From Candidatus Hydrogenedentota bacterium (lineage in GTDB: Bacteria > Hydrogenedentota > Hydrogenedentia > Hydrogenedentales > SLHB01), in assembly GCA_963745075.1 (NCBI GenBank), contig CAVUWV010000024.1:416001-480000 (forward strand): a DNA stretch of 64,000 nucleotides, in the 5' to 3' direction. The notes beneath the pieces were generated by a model. The model was not told the origin of the DNA, did no database searches, and worked only from the letters and a program-made list of their open reading frames with translations. Below, piece by piece: positions 32,768 through 42,334 of the stretch (position 1 is its first letter; every line of letters begins with the position of its first letter). Position numbers and translations under genes: made by a program.

Positions 32768-33679
32768 CTATTGCTCTGTCTGGTCGTCGGCCGATTTGCC
32801 GGTGTAGGTGGCTTCGGCGTGGGCGCGCTCGGGGGAGCCGATGGGGTACGCCTCGGGCGGGACTTTGCCGGTTCGGACGGCGTCGAGGTAGTCCTGGAGG
32901 AGTTTGGCGGATTCGGGGGACAGGTCTACTTGGTTGGGGGCGTCGGTGGTTGCGGGATCTCCTTGTTCGTTTTCGGGTTGGGGCGGGAGGTGGAGGTGGC
33001 CGAGGATGGCTTCGGCGAGTTCTTGGGAGACGGATTGTTTGGCGGGGCGGTAGCTGGCTAGGACGTGGTCGCGTTCGGACGTGGCGAATGCTTCGTCGAT
33101 GCGGCCGGCTTCGTCGAAGGCTTCGCACATTTCGATGTCGCGGCCTTGGCCTCCGGCGAGGGTGGCGCGTTGGATGTAGGCTTTGGCGTGGGTCTCGGGG
33201 GTTTGGGGCGGGAGTTGGGCGTCGGCCAGGGAATCGGGGTCGAGGCCGGTGTCGTGTTGGGCGCGTTGGGCGTGGCGGAGGACGCCGTCGGCGGAGGGGG
33301 GTGCACCCATGTTGTTTTGACGGAACAAGGGGGTGTTGGGCTGGGCGTAGAGGAGTTTTAGGGTGTGGCGGTATTCGCGCATAAGGCGGGTGAAGGCGAG
33401 GAGGGTGTTGGGGTTAAGGGTTTCGGGAGGACCAGAACAAGAGGAAGAACACAGGCTAGAAGCCTGTGCTCCAGAGGATGAAGAACACGGGCGGGACGCC
33501 CATGCCCCAGGGGGGGAAGCCCATACTTCCGGGGCCTGGGCCAAATGGGTGGTGGCGGCGTTGACGAGGACTTGGAGCATGGCGACGTTGTGGGCGGTGT
33601 GGATGCCCATGGGGTTGGGGTGGGGTTGGGATTCGACGATGGCGAGGGCGTCGGTTAGGACGGTGTTGTATTCGGCCAA
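32768..33679 (-). CDS. Hypothetical protein downstream of the HGGxSTG gene
   Basis: 303-aa ORF with C-ending codons; contains an in-frame REP-derived segment; start uncertain. Confidence 0.55.
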   Translation of the reverse strand: MAEYNTVLTDALAIVESQPHPNPMGIHTAHNVAMLQVLVNAATTHLAQAPEVWASPPGAWASRPCSSSSGAQASSLCSSSCSGPPETLNPNTLLAFTRLMREYRHTLKLLYAQPNTPLFRQNNMGAPPSADGVLRHAQRAQHDTGLDPDSLADAQLPPQTPETHAKAYIQRATLAGGQGRDIEMCEAFDEAGRIDEAFATSERDHVLASYRPAKQSVSQELAEAILGHLHLPPQPENEQGDPATTDAPNQVDLSPESAKLLQDYLDAVRTGKVPPEAYPIGSPERAHAEATYTGKSADDQTEQ

Positions 33680-33821
33680 CTGATAAACGCAGGTGGCTGG
33701 CGATTGCGGGGGCGCGGGGTCGGGGGAATGGGACGTATAGGACGAAGAATCGCACGGATCGGACCGATCGGTCGGGTGGGGAAACTCTGAAGATGGGTCC
33801 CCGCCTGCGCGGGGATGACGG

Positions 33822-34154
33822 TTAACGCGGTGTGTCGTGGGTGTTGGCGAGGGGGCAATTCTCCCAGTGGGGGCAGGCGTTGGTGCAGGGTCTCAGGCGG
33901 CGGGAGTAGAGGCCGTGGATGTGGGCGTTGCGGTTGCCGGGGGGTGCGCCGGTGAGGTCGAAGCCGCCGTGGAATTGGCAGCGTCCGGAGGGGTGGTCGG
34001 ATTCGTTGCAGCAGGGCGTGCCGTCGGGGAGGCGTGCGCCGCAGATTCGGTGGTTGAGTTCGGTTTCTTTGGCGTTGACGGTGGCGATCCAGTCGTTGGT
34101 CCAGGAGCGGGCGCAGGGGGTGCCGAGATTCGTGAGGGTGGGGTTGGTTGGCAT
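33822..34154 (-). CDS. HGGxSTG-domain protein (phage small-terminase-associated family)
   Basis: ICGARLPDGTPC...GRCQFHGGFDLTGAPPGNRNAHIHGLYS; AAGGAA RBS before MPTNP. Confidence 0.75.
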   Translation of the reverse strand: MPTNPTLTNLGTPCARSWTNDWIATVNAKETELNHRICGARLPDGTPCCNESDHPSGRCQFHGGFDLTGAPPGNRNAHIHGLYSRRLRPCTNACPHWENCPLANTHDTPR

Positions 34155-34224
34155 GGGTGGATTCCTTCTTATAAGGGTAGGCGGAAATGTCCTTATAGAT
34201 ATTGCGCGGGGGGTTGCAGTCGAA

Positions 34225-35320
34225 GAGGACCTCACCACGAAGGCGCGAAGGATACGAAGATGGGATGGGGAAATAATGAATCAAAGAACTATGAATGGCT
34301 GGCGTAGGGAAATGAAGAAAGACAAAACAATGGAACGCGGATTTGGCGGATGGTGCGGATTGGCGCGGATTTTCTGTCGGGGAGGGGGAAGAGGATACTC
34401 ACCGCGAAGACGCGAAGGGCGCGAAGATGGGAGGGCTGGAGTCTGGAATCACTGGGAGCGCCTGGCACCAGCCTAGCGAGGGTCAGAGGGGAAATGAAGA
34501 AGGTCAGAACAATGGAACGCGGATTTGGCGGATGGTGCGGATTGGCGCGGATTTTCTGTCGGGGAGGGGGAAGAGGATCTCACCGCGAAGACGCGAAGGG
34601 CGCGAAGATGGGAGTCTGGAGTCTGGAATCACTGGGAGCGCCTGGCACCAGCCTAGCGAGGGTCGGAGAGGGGAAATTGCGAATTAGGAATTACGAATTA
34701 GGAATTGGGGAGGAGGCGGGAGGCTGGCGTGAAATTGTGAAGGAGAGAACAATGGAACGCGGATTTGGCGGATGGTGGGGAAGAGGATCTCACCACGAAG
34801 TGCACGAAGGACACGAAGATGAGAGGGGGAAATGATGAATTGAAGAATTTTTAATGGCTGGGGGCACGGAAATGAAGCAATGGAACGCGGATTTGACGGA
34901 TGATGCGGATTGGCGCGGATCTTTTATTGGGGAGGGGTCGAAGAGGATCTTACCGCGAAGACGCGAAGGGCGCGAAGATGGGAGGGCTGGGGGCAGGGAA
35001 ATCAAGAAAGATAGAACAATGGAACGCGGATTTGGCGGATGGTGCGGATTGGCGCGGATCTTTTGTTGGGGAGGGGTCGAAGAGGATCTTACCGCGAAGG
35101 CGCGAAGGACGCGAAGATGGGAGGGCTGGAGTCTGAAATCACTGGGAGCGCCTGGCACCAGCCTGGCGAGGGTCGGAGGGGGAAACGTTTGCGGGTTTAG
35201 GGAAGTCTGTAGTCCGTAGCCTGGAGGAACAAAGGCGAAGAGTGAAGAGGATTTGTCCGCAGATGGCGTGGATTGGCGCGGATGAAGAGAAGAGTGTGGG
35301 TCCACAGATTTCACAGATTC
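34225..35320 (+). repeat. Modular tandem array of co-oriented repeat arms
   Basis: AATGGAACGCGGATTT at ~34329, 34511, 34751, 34879, 35017, interleaved with CCGCGAAGACGCGAAGGGCGCGAAG and ACTGGGAGCGCCTGGCACCAGCC. Confidence 0.9.
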
Positions 35321-35715
35321 TCACATATGTACTATGAAACGGGATTCATATTGGCCCCGTTAGGGGCTTCGGATTTTAGCCCAGGGTGGAGCGAGGCACG
35401 AGCGGAACCCTGGGTCCAAGGACCCCTTCGCGATCAAGCCCTGGAAAGGGCGGAGGAACCGGTCGCACCCGTTGAATGAACTGCGACAGAAATTCACGAT
35501 TTTGATTGTGAGTAGTACAGATTTACACCGATTTAGGAGGTAAGAAAGGCATTTGAGATTTGAGGAGGGAATCACTGGGAGCGGCTGGCCGTCATCCTAG
35601 CGAACGCGGGGACAGCCTGGCGGGTTGGGATGGGAAATGGGGAATTGGGAATTACGAATTAGGAATGGCTGGGCGGGGTCGGGATGTGTGATTTGCCCGG
35701 AATTTCGTAGTCTGT

Positions 35716-35854
35716 GGAGCCGTTGAAAAACCCTGCCCCATTGCGACGACACCACAATTTGGGTTTCAAGATTGACCTACAAGCGGCGATCTCCCTTGAA
35801 GATGAATCTAAGCAGGGTCATTTACGGACCTGCCGGGACTTTTTCAACGGCTCC
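35716..35854. mobile_element. 139-bp MITE with 15-bp TIR and 5-bp TSD
   Basis: GGAGCCGTTGAAAAA / TTTTTCAACGGCTCC flanked by TCTGT at 35711-15 and 35855-59. Confidence 0.85.
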
Positions 35855-35894
35855 TCTGTCCCTTAATTTCCTTGGGGTAGTTTGGCAGGGCAGT

Positions 35895-36905
35895 TCACCC
35901 TGACTGATCATCATGTTTGTCATCGACGGCTTCCGCGCCGCCCCAATACCTAGCGACCGTTTCGCTCACATTGTCGTAGGTCGGAAACATATAAGCCCGA
36001 TTCCTTTTTTCCTTGTAAAGCAGGTCCGACAGTTTCGAAACCTCTCGGTTTGGAAGAGTAAGTTTTACAAGAACAGGCGGATCAACGACGTGGGACGCCA
36101 TTACTCGCTGGATTACGTCTTCTAAACACGGCCATTTCCTGTCACGCTCAAAATCATTATATGCCTTGTCGTAGTAAGTGAAGACACCATCCTGTGCGTG
36201 AATGAACTCAAATCCATGGTGATGTACTGCGAATTTCTTGATGTGTCGGTGGCGCAATCCCTTGAGCGTAGCTAGATCAAGCGCCCACACCGCAATTCGG
36301 TCCGGCGGTTGCTCATTACTATCACTTCTGCAACCCGGCTCTCGGGTCGCAAAATAGGCAGCTACCAATGGATCAAGAGTCCAGTCTAATAACATTGTTG
36401 GGATGCCGTGGTGTTGAGCGAAAGCCATCGCCTGTGTTGGAAACTTGAAGTGTGACTTGATCTCGGAAATTGTCTGAACCCGATCAACGTATCCGTCTGA
36501 ATCGAAGAACCAATCGTCAGGTATGTATAGACCAACGGCATTACACAATGATCCGAAGTCGTTCACAGCTTGTAACTGCGCCGCCAAATCGACGATGGCT
36601 CGGAAGTCGATTTGCGAGCGGTCCTTTTGCTTGCGATCCCACTCGGCACCGATTTCACTTTCAAATCTGTCGAGTAATTGCTTGTATGGGGAGGTGCGAA
36701 CATCTTCGCGCCATGCTGGGGGGCGTAACGTCCAAGTGCTATCTCTATGGCCCCTGAACAGCCAAGGGCATGTAAGGCCCGGCCCCCACCTTTCGACGTT
36801 CGTAATCCTTAGCTCATTGAGAAACTCGTCAGCACTATCAAGCGGAACGATTTTAATTACGTTCGAATACGTCGCGTGGATGTCGTCAGCGCTATCAATG
36901 CCCAT
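35895..36905 (-). CDS. FRG-domain protein
   Basis: WLFRGHRDSTWTLRP, AQHHGIPTMLLDWTLDPLVAAYFA, AQDGVF; lower GC. Confidence 0.9.
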   Translation of the reverse strand: MGIDSADDIHATYSNVIKIVPLDSADEFLNELRITNVERWGPGLTCPWLFRGHRDSTWTLRPPAWREDVRTSPYKQLLDRFESEIGAEWDRKQKDRSQIDFRAIVDLAAQLQAVNDFGSLCNAVGLYIPDDWFFDSDGYVDRVQTISEIKSHFKFPTQAMAFAQHHGIPTMLLDWTLDPLVAAYFATREPGCRSDSNEQPPDRIAVWALDLATLKGLRHRHIKKFAVHHHGFEFIHAQDGVFTYYDKAYNDFERDRKWPCLEDVIQRVMASHVVDPPVLVKLTLPNREVSKLSDLLYKEKRNRAYMFPTYDNVSETVARYWGGAEAVDDKHDDQSG

Positions 36906-37364
36906 CGTTGTCTACCCTCTTAGCCCCTTTCGTGTCTTTCCGTCCAGATGACAATATAGGTCCCCAATTGTGGCGTCAATACACCTTTCGGACACACAAC
37001 CAACACACTTTCCCGAAACCGCCGAAACCTGCCGGATTGCGTGTTGCCACTGTTGCCCTGTAATCGTTAAAAAAGGACTTGCGCCTGGCCGTCCGTATTA
37101 CACGGGCCTACACGGACGGAGGACCTGGGCGGGGACTGGAGGAAGATGGGTCCCCGCGTTCGCGAGGATGACGGGGTTGGAGATTGCGGATTGCGGACTG
37201 CGGATTGCGGATTTGAAGAGCACGGACTTGCACGGGTCGGCGTAGCCGCAGCTAAATTCGAAATCCGAAGCACGAAATCCGAAACAAGTTTGAATGACCG
37301 AATAAGGAATGAGCGAAACGCGCTTTTGGCTGATGGCGAGCGAGGTGCCGGGGGCACATGTCGC

Positions 37365-37924
37365 GGCGGCCAGGCTGGTGCCTGGCGGTCCCAGTGGTGC
37401 GGAAGACGCCCGGCGTGGAAGCCGGGCGCTACGGTGTGGAGGCTAGTTGATGGGGTGTAGCGTCGGCCTTTTCGATGGTTGGTTTGGGCTTCGAGGCGGC
37501 CAGGCTGGAGCCTGGCGGTCCCAGTGGTGCGGAAGACGCCCGGCGTGGAAGCCGGGCGCTACGGTGTGGAGGCTAGTTGATGGGGTGTAGCGTCGGCCTT
37601 TTTCGATGGTTGGTTTGGGCTTCGAGGCGGCCAGGCTGGTGCCTGGCGGTCCCAGTGGTGCGGAAGACGCCCGGCGTGGAAGCCGGGCGCTACGGTGTGG
37701 AGGCTAGTTGATGGGGTGTAGCGTCGGCCTTTTTCGATGGTTGGTCTGGGCTTCGAGGCGGCCAGGCTGGTGCCTGGCGGTCCCGGTGGTACGGAGAACA
37801 GCGCGGCGTGGAAGCTGGACGCTACGGTGTGGAGGCTAGTTGATGGGGTGTAGCGTCGGCCTTTTTCGATGGTTGGTTTGGGCTTCGAGGCGGCCAGGCT
37901 GGTGCCTGGCGCTCCCAGTGGTGC
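37365..37924 (+). repeat. Tandem repeat, ~131-bp unit x 4.3 (BIME-like)
   Basis: Units start at 37365, 37495, 37626, 37757, 37889; each has CCAGGCTGGTGCCTGG and a CCCGGCGTGGAAGCCGGGCGCTAC-type palindrome. Confidence 0.92.
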
Positions 37925-38518
37925 AACGGGGGGCGGTTTATTTATGGGGGAGGTTTGTGACGTGTGACTTTTGGAGATTGGGATGTTGGATCGATTGGTT
38001 GCGCGGGTTGGAGCGGTTGGGACTGATCAGGAGTTTTGCCCTTTCAGGGCGTTGCGTGGGGGCGGTGCTTGTTTCCCAGGGCGTTGCCCTGGGCTTTCCT
38101 GTTGTGGCCCGTTGGGCCGGAATGTAGAGATTCCAGGTGTAGGCTGGTAGCGCGCACCATAACCAACGGCCCCGGAGTAATCCCCAAGATGCCGCGCATT
38201 TCCAGTGGCCTGGGCTTTCCTGTTGTGGCCCGTCGGGCCAGGATGTAGGAATTGCAGGTGCAGGTTGGAAGTCTGCACCACAACCCAACCGCGGAGTGGT
38301 CCGTGTCCGTCCGTGCCTATCCGTGTAGCCGGATGTAGCGCAGGCGTCCCCGCCTGCAATTCCTGAGATAAAACCGCGAAGAATGCAGGCGGGGACGCCT
38401 GCGCTACATCCGCTGCTCAACCCCGAGAGTGAACCCCAAAATGCCACGGAAATCCAACCGGCTAGCGGCCTTCGCCAACTGCCTTCCGAAGCTCGACAAT
38501 CAAGGTAAGCCCGTGTCC

Positions 38519-40057
38519 ATGGGTGTCGGTCCGTGTCCGTCGATCGAGTCGCGGGCGGTGTTTGCGTGTGAGTATTTGCGGGATCGGCGGGGGCGGCCGT
38601 GGGTGCCGTGGGAGTATCAGCGTCTGTCCTTGGAATCGCAGCGCACCTCGGAAGGTGCATTGCGATGGGCGGGATGTGGGGAAGACGTCGGAAATTGAAA
38701 TCATTGCGGCGTGGGCTTCGGTGATGCGGCCGAATTCGCAGATGTTGATTGCGACGCAGTGTGAGAATCATTTGTTTCCGTTGATGGACCGGATCGTGCG
38801 GGTGTTTGAAAGCGATTCATGGAAAGAGGGACAGACCGGTCTATGGAAGAAAGAGGGAATGAAAGAGGGACATGGGCGTGGAAAAGAGGGACAGACACGT
38901 CTCGGAAAGAAGAGGGACAGACCCGGCTCCCTTCGGTCGCTGGGGTCAGTCCCTTGGTGGAGGTGAAACGGACGCCGTCGTGGTGTTTGCGGTTTGCGAA
39001 CGGGTTTGTGTTGTGGGGGCGGATCGCGGGGCCGCATGGGATGAATTTCCAGGGGCTGCACGTGGATTGGCAGATCGTGGATGAGGCGCAGGAGATGACG
39101 GATGCGGCGTGGGAGGAGATGTTTCAGGCGTTGAACGCCGGCGGGTGGCGCTGGGTGTATGGGGTGCCGAACGGGTTGCGGAACACGTTTCACCGGATGA
39201 CGACGGACCCGGACGCGGAACAGTACAACTGGCCGTCGTCGTCGAATCCGGCATGGTCGGCGGCGAAGGACGCCGAACTGGCGCGGTTGTACGGGGGCAA
39301 GGATTCGCCGGGGTACGTGCATCGCGTGTTGGGGCAACACGGATCGCCGGCGTATGCGGTGTTCGATCTGAACGCGTATCTCGCGTGTGTGGACGAGGGG
39401 ATCGAGTGGTTCGAGGCGTCGCTGGGGGAGGACGACCCCTTCGAGGCGCCGTCGGGGGTGGCGAAGGGGACCTATTACCTGGGCTGCGACCTGGGGTACG
39501 TGCGGGACCCGTCGGAGTTTGTGATCTACCGGAGTGCGCCGCCGGATTTGGTGAACGTGGGGCGGGTGCACTTGCACGGGGTCAATTACCACCGGCAGCA
39601 GGGCATCATCGAGGAGCTGGATCGCGCGTACGACTTCCGGGCCATCGGCATCGATGCGGGGAACAACGGGAGCGCGGTGGCGCATAACCTGAAGAACATC
39701 GACGTGGACTGGCACGAGAAGGTCATGGCCTTTGAGTTCGGCGGCGTCACGGAGACGGGGACGTTTCCGGACGGGACGCCGGACCGGCGTCCGACGAAGC
39801 TGTTCATGACGGAGTTGTTGCAGCGGCGGATGGCGGACCGGACCATTGCTTTTCCGCCGCTGGCGGATCGGGAGTCGCAGTACGCGGGGCACACGTACAC
39901 CGCCGGGATGCGGGGTCAGGTCCTGTTCGACAAGGGGAACGACCATATCATCGACGCGGATCGGTGTGCGGTGCTGGCGCATTACCTCGACACGCAGGAG
40001 GTGGGCGCGCGCAACGTCGGTGGATACTATCCCGGTCTCCGGCTGGAGGCGTTTTAG
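38519..40057 (+). CDS. Phage terminase large subunit-like ATPase/nuclease (frameshifted, with repeat insertion)
   Basis: PWEYQ, Walker A GRDVGKT, Walker B QIVDEAQ, GVPNG, RNase H-like GCDLG, GIDAG, NDHIIDA across ORFs 38429, 38523 and 38819; start uncertain. Confidence 0.8.
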
Positions 40058-40147
40058 TGTCGCGAGGAACGAGTACGAGCAGTCAGGGGCTCAGAACTGG
40101 TGGCTGTTGAACACTCAGGAATCATCCCCGCACTTCCTGTGTTCTTA

Positions 40148-40179
40148 TACTTGACTTTAGTTATCCAATAAGTCATAAT
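40148..40179 (+). promoter_or_regulatory. Sigma70 promoter TTGACT-N17-CATAAT with overlapping inverted repeat
   Basis: TGACTT...AAGTCA dyad upstream of the sulfite reductase gene. Confidence 0.6.
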
Positions 40180-40325
40180 TCCGGTCCCGGAGGATGTGGG
40201 GACGGTTGTAGGATTGCCCGGAAGTCTGCTAGACTACGGCTTTTGTACGGAACCAACGGTTTCGTGCGCAAGGACACCGCGAACATCCCAAGGGGTTGGA
40301 ATCCGGATAGTTAGGAGTAATTGGC

Positions 40326-42088
40326 ATGGCAGAGCAGCACAACGCGGAAAAGCAGGAAACCAAGCGGTCCGCGGTTGAAAAGATTAAGGATACAAGCGAA
40401 GGGCTCTATGGTCCCATCGGGCAGGAGCTTGGGGACGGCACGCCGAAGTTCGGCGAGGAGTCCATCCAGCTCTTGAAGCATCATGGCACCTACCAGCAGG
40501 ACGACCGGGACACCCGGACCGAGCGCAAGAAGGCGAAGGAGCCGTGGGACTACAAGTTCATGGTGCGGACCAAGTTTCCCGGCGGGAACATCACGGCGGA
40601 GCAGTATCTGATCTGCGACGACCTGTCGGCGAAACACGGACAGAACGACCTGCGGGTAACGTCGCGCCAGTGCTTCCAGTTCCACGGCGTCGTCAAAGGC
40701 AAACTTTACCCGCTTTTGCATGAATTGAACCGTCTCGCGAAGATAACGACCATGGGCGCTTGCGGCAACGTCGTGCGCAACACCATGGCCTGCCCGGTGA
40801 TCGACATCGACCCGAAATACGCGGCGTACGGGACCGACCTGATTCAGAAAGCAAAAGAGATCAGCGCCCACTTCTTGCCGAAGACCACGGCCTACTACGA
40901 CCTTTGGGTTAACGACGAGAAGGTGGACGTCAACGAAGACGGCACGATCCGCGTGAAACCGCGCGACGAAAAACCGGCCGAAGAGCCCATCTACGGGAAG
41001 ACCTATCTGCCCCGGAAATTCAAGATCGGGCTCACCGTCGATTTCGACAATGCCATCGACGTCTACACGCAGGACGTCGGCGTCATCGCCGTTACGGAAA
41101 ACGGGAAGATCATTGGGTACGAAGTGCTCACCGGCGGCGGACTCGGCTACACGCATCGCAAAGCGGAGACCTACTCCCGCTTGGGCACTCCCTTTGCCTT
41201 CGTGCAAGAGGACGAACTGATCCCATTGCTCGAAGCCATCGTCAAGGTCCAGCGGGACCATGGCGGCCGTGCCGACCGCAAGCACGCGCGCATGAAATAC
41301 CTCATCGACGACTGGGGTTTTGACAAGTTCAAGCAGACGGTCTTCGAGTACGCGGGCCGCAGCTATCCCGAGCCGAAGGGCATCACGCCCACCGACCAGC
41401 CGGACTACCTGGGTTGGCACAAGCAGGTTCAGGACGGTTTGAACTACGTGGGCATCTGGGTTGAGAACGGGCGCATTCGCGATTTCGAGGGCAGCTTCCA
41501 GTTCCGCACGGGCCTGCGCGAGATCGTCAGCCGCTTCAATCCGGACATTCGCCTGACGCCCCATCACAACGTCGTGCTCGCCAACATCCGCGACGAAGAC
41601 GTGGACGAAGTACAGGCGATACTGGACAAGCACCATATTCCGACCGACAAAGGCGTTTCCGCCGTTCGCCGGTTGGAAATGGCCTGCCCGGCCTTGCCGT
41701 TCTGCGGGCTGGCCCTGGCCGAAGCCGAACGGGCTATGCCGGACATCATCGAGAAAATCGAAGCCGCCGGCCACGCGGATGCGGGCGTGATCATCCGCAT
41801 GAGCGGCTGCCCGAACAACTGCTCCGGCCTCGGACCGCCGAGGTGGGCATTATCGGGAGCGGCTCGGATCGTTACGTCATTTACACCGGCGGCGACTACT
41901 TGGGCACACGCCTGAACGAGCCGCTCGCGGAAAAAGTAAAGATCGACGACGTCGCGCCGATGGTCTCGGCGTTGCTGTCCGCATGGAAATCCAATCGAAA
42001 CGATGGCGAGCGCTTCGGCGACTGGTCGTTCCGGATCGGTATCGAGGGTCTGAAACCGTACGTCGAGTCCGCCGCGCCGTCGGCATAG
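40326..42088 (+). CDS. cysI: Sulfite reductase hemoprotein (frameshift near 41830)
   Basis: HGTYQQDDRD, TSRQCFQFHG, ACGNVVRN, LPRKFK, ACPALPFC, SGCPNNC; tail in 41843..42088. Confidence 0.9.
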
Positions 42089-42334
42089 ATTCGCCGACAA
42101 GACGCTGCAAGGCGGGAAGAACATCCCCCTTGATCCCCCTTTAAAGGGGGAAATGAGCAACGCTTTGCGTTGCTAATAGGGCGACTCTCTGTTTCCTGCG
42201 GAACACGAGGCGGTTTTCCAGTCAGAGACTGTAGCCGAGCGGTATTCCCCCTTCGAACGGGGTGGCCCGCAGGGCCGGGGGATGTTCGTTATCATAACGC
42301 GCAGGCTCGAAGCGAGTACTATTGAGGACAGCAG

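Noticed and set aside
34225..35320. Protein-coding ORFs (34343, 34350, 34790, 34854) or a CRISPR array
   Set aside because: Translations are just the DNA repeat modules read in several frames; unit lengths are irregular.
37365..37924. CRISPR array
   Set aside because: Whole 131-bp units are near-identical, so there are no unique spacers, and no cas genes are in the window.
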